Assembly (NCBI GenBank): GCA_965219535.1
Contig: CBDCNV010000001.1
Coordinates: 2,007,230 to 2,071,229, forward strand
DNA length: 64,000 bases
Source of the DNA: Opitutales bacterium
GTDB lineage: Bacteria > Verrucomicrobiota > Verrucomicrobiia > Opitutales > PNEW01
Reading direction: 5' to 3'
Shown piece after piece: positions 39,510-49,705 of this stretch (the stretch's first letter is position 1; each line of letters starts with the position of its first letter). The notes beneath the pieces were generated by a model that worked only from the letters and a program-made list of their open reading frames with translations, was not told where the DNA came from and did not search any database. A program made the translations under genes and the position numbers.

Positions 39510-40819
39510 GCATCCTTACTTGGATTTCTGGGGGACGGGTTATAGATCCCGCAAACAATCGAGACGCGACAGGTGATATTTATGCTGTCGACGGTAAAAT
39601 TGTTCCGAGTTTGAGTGATAAAGAAAAGAAACAGGCCCAGCAAATTAAAGCCGAGGGGTTGATTATTTGTCCGGGTTTTGTCGATATTCACACCCACCTA
39701 TGTGAACCAGGAGATACCCACCGCGAGACCATACAGACCGGAACATGGGCAGCAGCGGCTGGAGGTTTTACCACTGTTGTCTGTATGCCGAATGCTAATC
39801 AGCCAAGTGACAATGCTGGAACTATACAGCAAATAAATGATGCCGTAGATAGGGATGCTCTCGTTAATGTCTTCCCGACTGGCGCATTGACCATTGGGAT
39901 GGAAGGTAATGAACTCGCGCCCGCCGGATCACTCCAAAGGTCCGGCATAGTCGCCATCACCGATAGTTACCGAAGTGTGCAGAATAACGAAATCATGCGC
40001 CGAGCGGTTGAATATGCCAATATGTTCAATCTCGTTGTTATGGATCATTGTCAGGATCGGGCGCTTACTGAAGGCTCAGTTATGAATGAAGGAATATGGT
40101 CATTACGCCTCGGTCTTCGCGGATGGCCGAGTGCTGCAGAAGACATTATAGTCTCCCGTAATGTCATACTTTCTACTTACATAGGAGCGCATATCCACCT
40201 TCAGCAAGTAAGCACTTCGAATGCGGTTGAAATTATTCGGCGGGCAAAACAGCGCAACGTCAATATATCCGCTGAAGTAACACCCCATCATTTACATCTC
40301 AGTGATGAATGCGTAAAAAATTATGATACCAATTTTAAAACAAATCCTCCCCTGCGTACACCTGAAGACCAGGCAGCTCTTATCGAAGGACTCCTTGATG
40401 GCACTCTAGATTGCATAAGCACAGACCACATGCCACACACAGATTACGAGAAAAATGTCGAGTACGATCTAGCTCCGTTCGGAGTTATTGGATTAGAAAC
40501 TTCACTCGCTGTTTGCCTGAAAGTCTTAGTTCATAGTAAACAATGCGATCTATCGCAGCTCATAAAATTATTAACCTGCAATCCATCAGATTTACTTGAA
40601 TTAGGGAAAGGCACGCTCAGCCCAGGTGCAGACGCAGACATTACTCTATTCGATCCCGATGAAGAATGGGTGGTGGATCCAGATAAATTCCAAAGTCGCT
40701 CCAGGAACTCACCTTGGATTGATAAATCGTTAAGGGGTAAGGTGAAACAGACTTTTGTCGCGGGCCGAAAAGTATGGGATGGCGATCGCGTTATCTTACC
40801 AGAAGATATCAATGGCTAG
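39506..40819 (+). CDS. pyrC: dihydroorotase (class I, long form)
   Basis: It has the metal-binding DIHTHL motif and an amidohydrolase fold. The ATG at 39506 overlaps the pyrB stop as ATGA. The upstream extension to 39440 lies inside pyrB and was rejected. Confidence 0.9.
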   Translation: MSILTWISGGRVIDPANNRDATGDIYAVDGKIVPSLSDKEKKQAQQIKAEGLIICPGFVDIHTHLCEPGDTHRETIQTGTWAAAAGGFTTVVCMPNANQPSDNAGTIQQINDAVDRDALVNVFPTGALTIGMEGNELAPAGSLQRSGIVAITDSYRSVQNNEIMRRAVEYANMFNLVVMDHCQDRALTEGSVMNEGIWSLRLGLRGWPSAAEDIIVSRNVILSTYIGAHIHLQQVSTSNAVEIIRRAKQRNVNISAEVTPHHLHLSDECVKNYDTNFKTNPPLRTPEDQAALIEGLLDGTLDCISTDHMPHTDYEKNVEYDLAPFGVIGLETSLAVCLKVLVHSKQCDLSQLIKLLTCNPSDLLELGKGTLSPGADADITLFDPDEEWVVDPDKFQSRSRNSPWIDKSLRGKVKQTFVAGRKVWDGDRVILPEDING

Positions 40820-40930
40820 CCATTCATGCGCTGAATCCCTCATGGGAGATGCATAATGCGGCTTCTTTACTCCTAATTGCGTGACTGAATACTCGATCAG
40901 TATTTTTCATATACTAGGGAGCGACTCACA

Positions 40931-41836
40931 ATGACAGAAGCGGAAGCCATTGAGATATTAAAGCATCATAAAGGTTTAATCTTTTATTTTTTCCTTCTTT
41001 TGGCATCGGGGCTGGGGTGTTTGATTTCCCTCGTATTTAAGCTAAGACTCGTATCCAAAGATCCCGGTAAAAAAAGCAAGGTCCCCGCTTGGAAAATTGG
41101 TTGGCTCGATTTCGGTTTATTTATCTGGTGTTTGATCTGCAGTATGATTCTCGCACAAATGATAGCCCCTTACCTCCTGAACACCGTATCTCATACTGAA
41201 GATTCTTATGCTGTTTGGAATATAATTTCGGGGGGCGTCACTTTGCACCTGGGAATGATTCTGGTCTTCGTCCTTTTCCGGTATTTTCAGCCACATTTAT
41301 TCCCTCAGTCTTTGAATGTTGAAATTATATCCTTTTTGAAGGCTGCTAAATTAGGGGCATACTACTTCTTAGCGGCTTTTCCACTCGTTTGGGTGACCGG
41401 CTTGTGCTCAGTTTTTGTTTTCGAAAGCCTCAATAAGGTGGGATGGGGAATCCCATTGGATCAACAACCCCTGGTTGGCATATTCGAAAAAACAAAATCC
41501 CCCGTCGCTTTAACGGTACTTTTAATCATGGCAATTTTAATAGCTCCAGTAGCCGAGGAATTGGTCTTTCGCGCAGGTATTTACCGCTTCTTTAAAAGCC
41601 GATTGCCGACAGTTATTTCAATGATTTTGAGTGCAATACTATTTTCTCTCCTCCACACGAATATTGTTAGTTTTTTCTCATTAGTCGTTATCGGGGTTTC
41701 TCTCTGCGTGGCCTACGAATTAAGTGGAAATATCATGGTTCCTATAATTTTTCATTCGGCATTTAATCTGAACTCTATTATTCTCATCCTTTTTCGTTCT
41801 GATCTTGCTTGTTTAGGCCTCCTTTTGAACTGGTAA
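40931..41836 (+). CDS. CPBP family intramembrane glutamic endopeptidase (CAAX protease/Abi-like)
   Basis: It is polytopic and carries motif 1 AEELVFRAGIY, motif 2 LFSLLH and motif 3 FHSAFN. Confidence 0.8.
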   Translation: MTEAEAIEILKHHKGLIFYFFLLLASGLGCLISLVFKLRLVSKDPGKKSKVPAWKIGWLDFGLFIWCLICSMILAQMIAPYLLNTVSHTEDSYAVWNIISGGVTLHLGMILVFVLFRYFQPHLFPQSLNVEIISFLKAAKLGAYYFLAAFPLVWVTGLCSVFVFESLNKVGWGIPLDQQPLVGIFEKTKSPVALTVLLIMAILIAPVAEELVFRAGIYRFFKSRLPTVISMILSAILFSLLHTNIVSFFSLVVIGVSLCVAYELSGNIMVPIIFHSAFNLNSIILILFRSDLACLGLLLNW

Positions 41837-42816
41837 TGCATCCATTCACTAAAAATTCATCTGAATCAATCGCGCGGCTAGGCGAACGTAAGCTGCTGGA
41901 AAAAATACGCCTTTGGCTTGGAGAGACCTCACCACCCGCACCGCATGGAATGGGTGACGACACTGCAATTCTCCCCATTGAACCCGATCAATTTAATTTA
42001 ATTACTACCGATACACTCGCCTATAAATGTCATTTTAACGATGCCGTAAAACCTGAACAGGCAGGAGCCAAATTAGTTAAACGTAATTTAAGCGATATTG
42101 CTGCCATGGGGGGGACCCCAAGCAGTGCAGTTATCAGTCTCTTTCTTCCACCCACTTTACGTTTGGATTGGCTATCTGCATTTTACGCCGGTGTTCGAGA
42201 CGAATCTATAGATTCAAATATAAAAATAGTCGGTGGTGATCTTTGTGAGACTGAAGATTTTCTTGGAGGTCAACTTACACTTTGGGGAAATGCCCGCCGT
42301 CCGGTTACACGCACAGGGGCTGATAGTGGTGATTTTATTTATGTCAGTGGAACCTTGGGAGGGAGTAGCTGCGGCAAGCACCTGGATTTTACCCCGCGCT
42401 TGGCCGAAGGCAAATGGTTGTCAGAACAATCGGATGTACATTCCATGATTGATATAACAGATGGTCTAATGAAAGATTTACCGACCTTGATCCCGCCGAC
42501 CTGTTCGGCAGGTTTAAGTATTAAATCACTCCCCATTAGCGAAGCCGCTCAAACCCTATCCGCGGAAGACGATCAATCTCCTGCTGAACATGCTTTGAAC
42601 GATGGCGAGGATTATGAACTGCTATTTACTTTAAGCAACACGTGCGACTCTGAGTTATTTCATAAAAAGTGGAGCGAACGGTTTGAAATTCCCATTACCC
42701 GGATCGGAGAAATGATGGAGGATTTAAATCAAAATCGACCACGCCGTATAATTAATTTAGATACCGGTCATGAACTCGAGGGGCTCGTAGGATATGAACA
42801 TTTTAGCGCGTCTTAG
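41836..42816 (+). CDS. thiL: thiamine-monophosphate kinase
   Basis: It has an AIR-synthase-like fold with GDDTAIL, NLSDIAAMGG and GEDYELLF. I placed the start at the ATG overlapping the upstream stop (TAATG). Confidence 0.88.
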   Translation: MHPFTKNSSESIARLGERKLLEKIRLWLGETSPPAPHGMGDDTAILPIEPDQFNLITTDTLAYKCHFNDAVKPEQAGAKLVKRNLSDIAAMGGTPSSAVISLFLPPTLRLDWLSAFYAGVRDESIDSNIKIVGGDLCETEDFLGGQLTLWGNARRPVTRTGADSGDFIYVSGTLGGSSCGKHLDFTPRLAEGKWLSEQSDVHSMIDITDGLMKDLPTLIPPTCSAGLSIKSLPISEAAQTLSAEDDQSPAEHALNDGEDYELLFTLSNTCDSELFHKKWSERFEIPITRIGEMMEDLNQNRPRRIINLDTGHELEGLVGYEHFSAS

Positions 42817-43225
42817 AGCTGGAATAATCTCTACATCGGACGTGGAAACCGAGGCAATTGCGAGGACTCTGGCGTCTCAAATCCCTGAAGATCTGACACT
42901 GGCACTATATGGGGAACTGGGGGCAGGAAAAACCACTTTTATCCGCGGATTGGCCAGCGCATGGAAGATCAATGAACCCGTCACCAGCCCAACCTATAAT
43001 ATTCTAGCTATTTATCGCGGTGATAGAATCCTTCTTCACCTCGATGCTTTTCGATTGGAAAATCAAAGTGAAATTGAAGAGCTGATGATCGATGAATTCC
43101 TGTCGTCCCCCTATTGCCTGGCCATTGAGTGGCCCGAAAATCTAGAAAACTGGCTACCAGATGCCTGCTGGAAACTAAAACTGGAAATCCACGATAAAAC
43201 CAAGCGTTTTATCAAAATGCTGTAA
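42794..43225 (+). CDS. tsaE: tRNA t6A37 biosynthesis ATPase TsaE (YjeE)
   Basis: It has the P-loop GELGAGKTTFIRGL, then SPTYNI and HLDAFRL. It overlaps the thiL 3' end by 23 nt. Confidence 0.88.
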   Translation: MNILARLRAGIISTSDVETEAIARTLASQIPEDLTLALYGELGAGKTTFIRGLASAWKINEPVTSPTYNILAIYRGDRILLHLDAFRLENQSEIEELMIDEFLSSPYCLAIEWPENLENWLPDACWKLKLEIHDKTKRFIKML

Positions 43226-43294
43226 TCGGTACCCTACCCCCTGTCATTGTCTCTCAGACAATGTGTGAGCGCAATAAAACGTCGTTCCATATAT

Positions 43295-44548
43295 TTACAG
43301 TGCCTTGAGTACAATACTGGCGTTATGACCGCCAAATCCAGAATTGTTGCTCATCGCAACTTTGACGGTACTCGACTTTTTTTTGTTGGGAACATAATTC
43401 AAGTCACAATCAGGATCAGGATTTTCGTAATTAATCGTTGGAGGGATCTCTCCCGTTTGGATAGCTTTCGCTGCTGCTGCGGATTCGATTCCTCCGGCTG
43501 CACCTAAAAGGTGACCGGTCATGGATTTCGTTGAGCTGATATGAACATTGTAGGCATGATCACCAAACACGTTTTTAACTGCTAGCGTCTCCACTTTATC
43601 ATTCGGACCTGTCGATGTCCCATGTGCATTTATGTAATCGACATCAGAAGCCTTTAAATTGGCTTCTTTCAATGCATTCTTAATACAGAGTGTGAGCCCC
43701 CTCCCATCCAAATCTGGAGTGGTAATATGGTAAGCATCACAAGTAGCCGCGTATCCTGCCAATTCACAATATATATTCGCACCACGCGCTTGAGCATGTT
43801 CCAAAGTTTCCATGACTACAATTCCGGAACCTTCTCCCATAATGAATCCATCTCTTTTCATATCGAATGGCCGACTGGCACGCTCAGGTTCATCATTGGA
43901 TGAGGTGCTCATCGCTTTCATGTTACAAAAACCAGCGTAACCCAAGGGAGTAACTGCAGCTTCGCTTCCACCCGCGATCATGATATCTACAGTCCCCGTT
44001 TGCAAATGAAGCATGGATTCACCAATCGCGTGAGTTCCCGTAGCGCAAGCGCTAACCACGCTAAAATTAGGTCCCATCGCTCCAATTTCCATCGCGACAA
44101 TTCCTGAGGCAGAATTTGCAATTAAAGACGGAATCATAAAGGGAGATACTTTACGCGGTCCCATCTCATAAAATCGGCGAGTTTGCGTTTCGATCGTATC
44201 CATCCCACCAATACCTGATCCTATAATGATACCCAAGCGGGTCTTGTCCACTTTCCCCAAATCAAGTTGACTATCCTTGAGCGCGATCTTCGTCGTCGCT
44301 AAGGCAAAATGGGTGTAACGGTCATTGCGTCTGACTTCTTTCGGATCCATATAATCCTTAGGATCAAAATCCAGAACCTCAGCACCAATTTTTGTGGGAA
44401 AATCGCTAGGGTCCCAACGGGAGATCCTTTTTATACCACTGCGGCCAGCTAACAAATTATCCCAGAAAGTCTGAATATCATTGCCCAATGAATGAAGGAT
44501 TCCCAGACCGGTAATCACTACCCTGCGTTTTGGTGAAAGTGTATCCAT
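43295..44548 (-). CDS. fabF: beta-ketoacyl-ACP synthase II
   Basis: It has the active-site Cys context (SACATG), the HGTST and GHLLGAAG motifs, and a length of 417 aa. It follows acpP. Confidence 0.95.
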   Translation of the reverse strand: MDTLSPKRRVVITGLGILHSLGNDIQTFWDNLLAGRSGIKRISRWDPSDFPTKIGAEVLDFDPKDYMDPKEVRRNDRYTHFALATTKIALKDSQLDLGKVDKTRLGIIIGSGIGGMDTIETQTRRFYEMGPRKVSPFMIPSLIANSASGIVAMEIGAMGPNFSVVSACATGTHAIGESMLHLQTGTVDIMIAGGSEAAVTPLGYAGFCNMKAMSTSSNDEPERASRPFDMKRDGFIMGEGSGIVVMETLEHAQARGANIYCELAGYAATCDAYHITTPDLDGRGLTLCIKNALKEANLKASDVDYINAHGTSTGPNDKVETLAVKNVFGDHAYNVHISSTKSMTGHLLGAAGGIESAAAAKAIQTGEIPPTINYENPDPDCDLNYVPNKKKSSTVKVAMSNNSGFGGHNASIVLKAL

Positions 44549-44549
44549 C

Positions 44550-44576
44550 AAAAAAATGGAGGCTAGAAACCTCCAT
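44550..44576 (-). terminator. intrinsic-terminator-like hairpin (partial terminator/attenuator) between acpP and fabF
   Basis: The reverse strand reads AUGGAGG-UUUCUAG-CCUCCAU followed by UUUUUU, then G and the fabF AUG. The stem is 7 bp and is followed by a U-tract. Confidence 0.5.
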
Positions 44577-44617
44577 TAGGGGAATTCAGCTCGTTACGAA
44601 AGAATCAAAGGGGATCG

Positions 44618-44872
44618 TCAACCCGCTTTTTCCTCAATGTATTTAGTAACATCGCCAACGGTTTGCAGCTTTTCTGCTTCTGATTCAGGGATTTCTCCTT
44701 CGATCTCATCTTTGAATTCTTCTTCAAAGGCCATAATAAGCTCGACTGTATCCAAGGAATCAGCCCCTAGATCATCCAGAAAGGACGCCTCTGAGGTAAC
44801 TTGCTCATTATTTACGTTGAGCTGGTTTACGATAATCTCTTGAACGCGATTTTCGATTGATTTATCTGCCAT
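44618..44872 (-). CDS. acpP: acyl carrier protein
   Basis: It has the phosphopantetheine site [19 protein letters not shown] and is 84 aa long. It sits between fabG and fabF. Confidence 0.97.
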   Translation of the reverse strand: MADKSIENRVQEIIVNQLNVNNEQVTSEASFLDDLGADSLDTVELIMAFEEEFKDEIEGEIPESEAEKLQTVGDVTKYIEEKAG

Positions 44873-44912
44873 AATTATTCGACTGATTTACAAGAAGTAT
44901 GTTTATTCGGAA

Positions 44913-45665
44913 TCACATCACAAGGCCGCCGTCAATGGAAAAAATTTTGCCCGTAATATAAGAGGCTTCTTCTGAACAGAGAAAAGAGACTAGCCCGACA
45001 ATGTCTTTCGGTTGCCCCAGTCTTTTTAGGGGGATGAGTTTTGTGATTGTTTCGGTCGTTTTTTCGTCAATTCCAGCGGTCATATCCGTTTCGATAAACC
45101 CCGGAGCTACCGCATTTACGGTAACCGTACGACTGGAAAATTCTTTAGCTAAACTCTTGGTTAAACCGATGATTCCCGCTTTTGATGCCGCATAATTAGC
45201 CTGCCCAGCATTGCCCATCAGACCAACTACTGAGCTAATATTGACGATTCTGCCCCAGCGCTGCCGTGCCATCGGATGAGCGAGTGATTTTACCCAATAA
45301 AAACAGCTCGATAAATTCGTTCGCAATACACTATCCCAGTCGTCATCCGACATTCTAAGGATTAGCCCATCGCGTGTGATCCCGGCATTATTTACGAGGA
45401 TATCTATGCATTCATACTCTGTAAGAATCGATTTTGCGGTAGCTGCCACAGCTTCACCATCAGATACATCGACCGCGTAGGCCTTAGCCTTTCCACCAGC
45501 TTTTACGATCGAATCAGCTACTAAACTGCAATTGGATTCAGATTTGCTGACACAAATAACGGTCAACCCGCTTTCGGCTAAATCCTCAGCTATCGCACGT
45601 CCAATTCCTCGACCCGCACCGGTCACAAGGGCCACCCTATTATCGAATGTCAGCTGCATGGGCAC
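44913..45665 (-). CDS. fabG: 3-oxoacyl-ACP reductase
   Basis: It is an SDR with VTGAGRGIG, NNAG and YAASKAG motifs, in the fabG-acpP-fabF context. Confidence 0.93.
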   Translation of the reverse strand: MPMQLTFDNRVALVTGAGRGIGRAIAEDLAESGLTVICVSKSESNCSLVADSIVKAGGKAKAYAVDVSDGEAVAATAKSILTEYECIDILVNNAGITRDGLILRMSDDDWDSVLRTNLSSCFYWVKSLAHPMARQRWGRIVNISSVVGLMGNAGQANYAASKAGIIGLTKSLAKEFSSRTVTVNAVAPGFIETDMTAGIDEKTTETITKLIPLKRLGQPKDIVGLVSFLCSEEASYITGKIFSIDGGLVM

Positions 45666-45737
45666 ATGTCTTCAAATATGAAGAATGGTGGCAAGAAATA
45701 TCGATTTCCCCATCCACACAGGTATACCAAGTTCAAT

Positions 45738-46901
45738 TTAATAAACATCACGTTGGTAATGTTTTTCTTTCTTCATTTGCTTGACGTAATTTTTTGCATC
45801 TTCCTCAGTCATACCTCCCTCTTTTTCGATTATATCATGGAGGGCATTATCAACATCTACAGCCATGCGTTCAGCATCACCACAAACATAGAAAAAAGCG
45901 CCGCTTTTAATCCAATCCCATAAATCAGCGGCGCTTTCACGCATTTTGTCTTGAACGTAGATCTTATAATCCTGATCACGCGACCAGGCGTTATCAATAC
46001 GGGTTAACTGGTTTTTGCTCAAATATTCATCAAATTCCGCACCGTAGAGATTATCGGTGGCTTCATGTTGATCGCCGAAAAACAGCCAGCTTCTACCTTT
46101 ACTCCCACGGTTGATACGTTCTTGAAGAAAAGCGCGAAAAGGGGCAATACCTGTTCCAGGACCAACCATAATGAGATCCTCATTTTCATCTTCAGGTAAT
46201 CCAAACTTAGACTTGGCTATAAAAACCGGAGTTTTTTTCTCAAATACCTCAACACGATCAGAAAGATAGGTTGAAGCCACCCCCACACGTTCATGCCCAT
46301 TTGTTTCATAACGGACGACAGCTACCGTTAAGTGAACTTCATTCGGGTAGACGCTGGGTGAAGAAGCTATGGAATAAAGGCGGGGTACCAGTCTGCGTAA
46401 GCAATTGACAAATTCTTGAGCATCAAATTTTGCGCTGGGGTACTCCTCCAATAGGTCAATGAATTCACGATTCACAAGAAAAGCTTTAGTCGCTTCTTTT
46501 GAATCCTCAGAAAGCAGATCTTCAAGTTTCTTTTTTTCTTCTGTGTTAGATACTTTTTCCGACAATGTGATAAGGAATTTTTTTGTTGGTAAGGCTAGGG
46601 CAACTCTGCGGAATAGCGCATCGCGCAAGGATATATCATCAAGGTCATTCTTCATGCGCACTTTTTCCTCACCTGACAGCCCCAATGCCTTGATAACCGC
46701 GTCGACTTCCTCTATACGATTTGTGGGATAGACTCCCAGGGAATCTCCACAGGTATAAATAAGGTCGCTTCCCGAAATATCGATTACATAGTGCTGGGTA
46801 TCCTTTGCGGATCCTTCTTTTGTGAGCATGCGCCTTTCTGTCATCTGCGCGATAAATGGATTTTTTACTGTATAAACCACATTTGATTTTATTTCACTCA
46901 T
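45738..46901 (-). CDS. CysJ-like FAD/NAD(P)H oxidoreductase (sulfite reductase flavoprotein C-terminal module, no flavodoxin domain)
   Basis: It has an FNR-like fold with the FAD motif RLYSIASSP and the NADPH motifs MVGPGTGIAPFRAF and FYVCGD. The C-terminus ends in RDVY. At 387 aa it lacks the N-terminal FMN domain of full CysJ. Confidence 0.8.
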   Translation of the reverse strand: MSEIKSNVVYTVKNPFIAQMTERRMLTKEGSAKDTQHYVIDISGSDLIYTCGDSLGVYPTNRIEEVDAVIKALGLSGEEKVRMKNDLDDISLRDALFRRVALALPTKKFLITLSEKVSNTEEKKKLEDLLSEDSKEATKAFLVNREFIDLLEEYPSAKFDAQEFVNCLRRLVPRLYSIASSPSVYPNEVHLTVAVVRYETNGHERVGVASTYLSDRVEVFEKKTPVFIAKSKFGLPEDENEDLIMVGPGTGIAPFRAFLQERINRGSKGRSWLFFGDQHEATDNLYGAEFDEYLSKNQLTRIDNAWSRDQDYKIYVQDKMRESAADLWDWIKSGAFFYVCGDAERMAVDVDNALHDIIEKEGGMTEEDAKNYVKQMKKEKHYQRDVY

Positions 46902-47005
46902 TGTAACCTCAAAAAGATGTTCGCTTTGTATTAAATTTCAATATTATCCCTCTAAAATAAATTATGATCACCTTTATTCATTTTTTTAAATCTTTAATAT
47001 AACTA

Positions 47006-47755
47006 ATGACCATGCGCAATGAGGAAGAGTCTATTCGTATTCATAAGTTCCTCTCTGAACAGGGAATATGTTCAAGACGTGATGCTGAAGAATTGATTAA
47101 AGAGGGTTTAGTAGAGGTAAACGGGAAAGTCGCAGAGATTGGGCAAAAAATAATACCGAGTAAAGATCATATTTCCGTTCAAGGTAGAAACCTTGCGGCA
47201 CGGTCGAGGAAAAACCTCACCCTCGCACTCAATAAACCTCGCGGTCTTATTTGCAGCAATCATGATCCCTACCATAATCAAACGGTTTTCGATCTGCTGC
47301 CAAAAGAACTACATAGGGAACGTCTATTTTGTGCAGGTCGTCTGGATAAAGAAAGTGAAGGGCTCCTTATTCTAACGAATGATGGGGATTTGGCCCATCG
47401 CCTCACTCACCCTTCAGCCTTGGTAATTAAACGCTACGAGGTCACCCTTAATCACCCATTCGACTTGAAGAAGATACCGTTATTAAAACGAGGGCTGAAC
47501 GTCGATGACGAGATATTGCGTGTGGAAAAAGTTATTTCTTTGAAAAAAAGTCCGAATCAAAACAACCGACTGGAGATCCATCTCAACCACGGTCGGAAAC
47601 GTGAAATCAGACGCCTATTTGAAGCACTTGGCTATCGCGTAAAAAAACTCGCCCGTCACCAGATCGGAGGCCTGACCATACGCGGCATAAAACCTGGTTA
47701 TTACCGCGTCCTCAATCCCAAAGATATCGAAAAATTACTCGATGTCAGCAATTGA
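47006..47755 (+). CDS. rRNA pseudouridine synthase, RsuA/RluB/RluF family (S4 domain + catalytic domain)
   Basis: The N-terminal S4 domain (RIHKFLSEQGICSRRDAEELI) is followed by the catalytic Asp motif GRLDKESEGLLILTNDG. Confidence 0.88.
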   Translation: MTMRNEEESIRIHKFLSEQGICSRRDAEELIKEGLVEVNGKVAEIGQKIIPSKDHISVQGRNLAARSRKNLTLALNKPRGLICSNHDPYHNQTVFDLLPKELHRERLFCAGRLDKESEGLLILTNDGDLAHRLTHPSALVIKRYEVTLNHPFDLKKIPLLKRGLNVDDEILRVEKVISLKKSPNQNNRLEIHLNHGRKREIRRLFEALGYRVKKLARHQIGGLTIRGIKPGYYRVLNPKDIEKLLDVSN

Positions 47756-47944
47756 AATAGAGGCACTAAAGCAGACCGTATTAGTAAATGAAGAAAGATA
47801 GATCTGAATAAGCAGATAATTTCATTTACTACATAATACTCATTACTGTTCATTGATTACTCTCATATCAGTTCACCGCTAATAGCCGAATACACTTTTT
47901 CCTTGTGCACCTGCTGAATCCTTAGTTTATCATCAACACAAGCT

Positions 47945-48832
47945 ATGTCTGACCCAAAAATTATCGATGGAAATCTCATTTCTAAACAGATACTAGAAGA
48001 GTTAAAAATTGAGATCGCGGCAAGTAAAGGTCCACAACCTCGGGTCACTTTTGTTCGCGTGGGTGAAGATCCTGCGTCTGTTTATTATGTTAATAAAAAA
48101 CAGAAAACTGCGATGGAGATTGGCATCGACAGCAGCGTTCAAGTTTTCCCGGAAAACACCAGCGAAAATGAACTGCTCGCAGTAATCGACAACTTGAATA
48201 AGGATACTTCGGTTCATGGCATTCTTATTCAATCTCCTCTGCCTGACACTTTCAGCGAAGAAACGGCATTCAACCGGGTGAACCCCGATAAAGATGTAGA
48301 TGGACTGAATATTAAAAATTTTGGCCGTTTATGCCAAGAAGATGCAGAGGGTTTTGTCGCCTGTACCCCGGCAGGAATTATAGAATTACTGAAACGGTCA
48401 GATGTAGGAATCGACGGGAAGCATGCAGTGGTCGTGGGGCGTAGCCTTCTCGTAGGTAAGTCCTGTGCCCTGCTTTTAATGCAAAAGAGCCAAAACGGTA
48501 ACGCGACGGTATCGATTTGTCATTCCCATACACAGGATTTATCAGCAATTACTAAACAGGCCGATATCTTAATTGCCGCTATGGGTAAGGCTGAATTTAT
48601 CACTGAAGCCATGGTAAAACCAGGAGCAGTGGTAATAGATGTAGGTATTAATCGAGTTGCGGATGATTCCAAAAAAAGGGGGTATCGGATCGTCGGTGAT
48701 GTCGACTTTGATAATGTTTTACCTCTCGTTTCTAAAATCACCCCCGTTCCCGGTGGCGTTGGCCCGATGACGGTGGCAATTCTCATGCGAAATACACTTA
48801 AAGCTTATAAAAAAGCTCATCTCGCCGATTAA
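47945..48832 (+). CDS. folD: bifunctional methylenetetrahydrofolate dehydrogenase/methenyl-THF cyclohydrolase
   Basis: Motifs [28 protein letters not shown] and [11 protein letters not shown] are present. Confidence 0.95.
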   Translation: MSDPKIIDGNLISKQILEELKIEIAASKGPQPRVTFVRVGEDPASVYYVNKKQKTAMEIGIDSSVQVFPENTSENELLAVIDNLNKDTSVHGILIQSPLPDTFSEETAFNRVNPDKDVDGLNIKNFGRLCQEDAEGFVACTPAGIIELLKRSDVGIDGKHAVVVGRSLLVGKSCALLLMQKSQNGNATVSICHSHTQDLSAITKQADILIAAMGKAEFITEAMVKPGAVVIDVGINRVADDSKKRGYRIVGDVDFDNVLPLVSKITPVPGGVGPMTVAILMRNTLKAYKKAHLAD

Positions 48833-48970
48833 TATTCAGTCGGTTAGTAGTCTACTATAACCGATATGTCATGCTCCCCCTTGCAAACATCCTCCTCGTC
48901 CATTGCCTGTCTCTGGCTTCTATTGTTCTCAAACAGTTTTATAGATTCCTCTATGAGGATAATTAAAAAA

Positions 48971-49705
48971 GGGTCATGCCTAGAACAGAGGGTATCTTAA
49001 GCACATATTAAGGATGTTACGATGGAGGTTTTGATGACGATGGTTAAAGCGATATTCAGTTTCTTTGAGGTGCAGTTGGAAGGTCCTACGAGAAAGACCT
49101 TTGAACTTAGCCAATCGAAGTTTAGCAAAAGCCCAAAAAGATTCAATCCCGTTAATGTGGGAGTGTCCCTGGGCAAACTCGTTGTCGTTGTGATTGACAC
49201 GGTAATGCTTCTTATAGCCCAGATCCACGAGGCCGTTGTAAGCACGCCACCCGTCAGAATAAAGCACACTGTCAAAAGTAACTCTCCCTTGGATCACCGC
49301 ATGCAGAGCGGCTCTGGAGACGTTGCGTACAACCTGGGTATAGACTTTCCCATTACGCTTGAGCAACCCGAAGACGGGCACTTTCTTGAATGCACCCCGA
49401 CCTCTTTGCCCTGGAATTCTTTTGCCTCCAAAGTAGGACTCATCCATTTCCACCGACCCCCTAAAAGGCGAGGCCTGCGCACATTGCTGCAACAAACGCT
49501 CCCGCAACAAGCGCAAATAACGGTTGACCGTGTTACGATTCAATCCTGTCAATTGGGCTATCTTCAACGCTTCCATATCCAAGCTAAAACACTTTACTAA
49601 CTGCCGAAATTTGGCCTCAGAAATTTTTGAACGATGTACATACTTATTTCTCATTTGTCTAGAATAGCTTACACATCTGATATGTGTCTATTCTAGGCAT
49701 GACCC
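48971..49705 (-). mobile_element. IS1595-family insertion sequence (IS1016-like size class), apparently intact
   Basis: It is a 735-bp element bounded by perfect 15-bp inverted repeats, GGGTCATGCCTAGAA at 48971..48985 and its complement at 49691..49705. It is flanked by an 8-bp direct repeat, TTAAAAAA, at 48963..48970 and 49706..49713. It carries a single transposase ORF and looks more GC-rich than its flanks. Confidence 0.9.
48980..49654 (-). CDS. IS1595 family transposase (ISXO2-like DDE domain)
   Basis: The N-terminal HTH (IAQLTGLNRNTVNRYLRLLR) is followed by VEMDESYFGG...VFGLLKRNGKVYT...SDGWRAYNGL...HINGIESFW, the IS1595 DDE(N/H)K-type pattern. Confidence 0.9.
   Translation of the reverse strand: MRNKYVHRSKISEAKFRQLVKCFSLDMEALKIAQLTGLNRNTVNRYLRLLRERLLQQCAQASPFRGSVEMDESYFGGKRIPGQRGRGAFKKVPVFGLLKRNGKVYTQVVRNVSRAALHAVIQGRVTFDSVLYSDGWRAYNGLVDLGYKKHYRVNHNDNEFAQGHSHINGIESFWAFAKLRLAKFKGLSRRTFQLHLKETEYRFNHRHQNLHRNILNMCLRYPLF

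Noticed and set aside
48840-48864. A hairpin, TCGGTTAGTAG-TC-CTAC(TA)TAACCGA, lies just after the folD stop.
   Set aside because: The stem is bulged and no U-tract follows it. It might be a weak terminator, but the evidence is too thin to annotate.
49022-49600. A 192-aa ORF on the plus strand spans almost the whole IS element.
   Set aside because: It is exactly antisense to the well-supported IS1595 transposase. It has no recognisable motifs, and its composition is that of a complement-frame artefact. Long antisense ORFs are common opposite the more GC-rich coding sequence.
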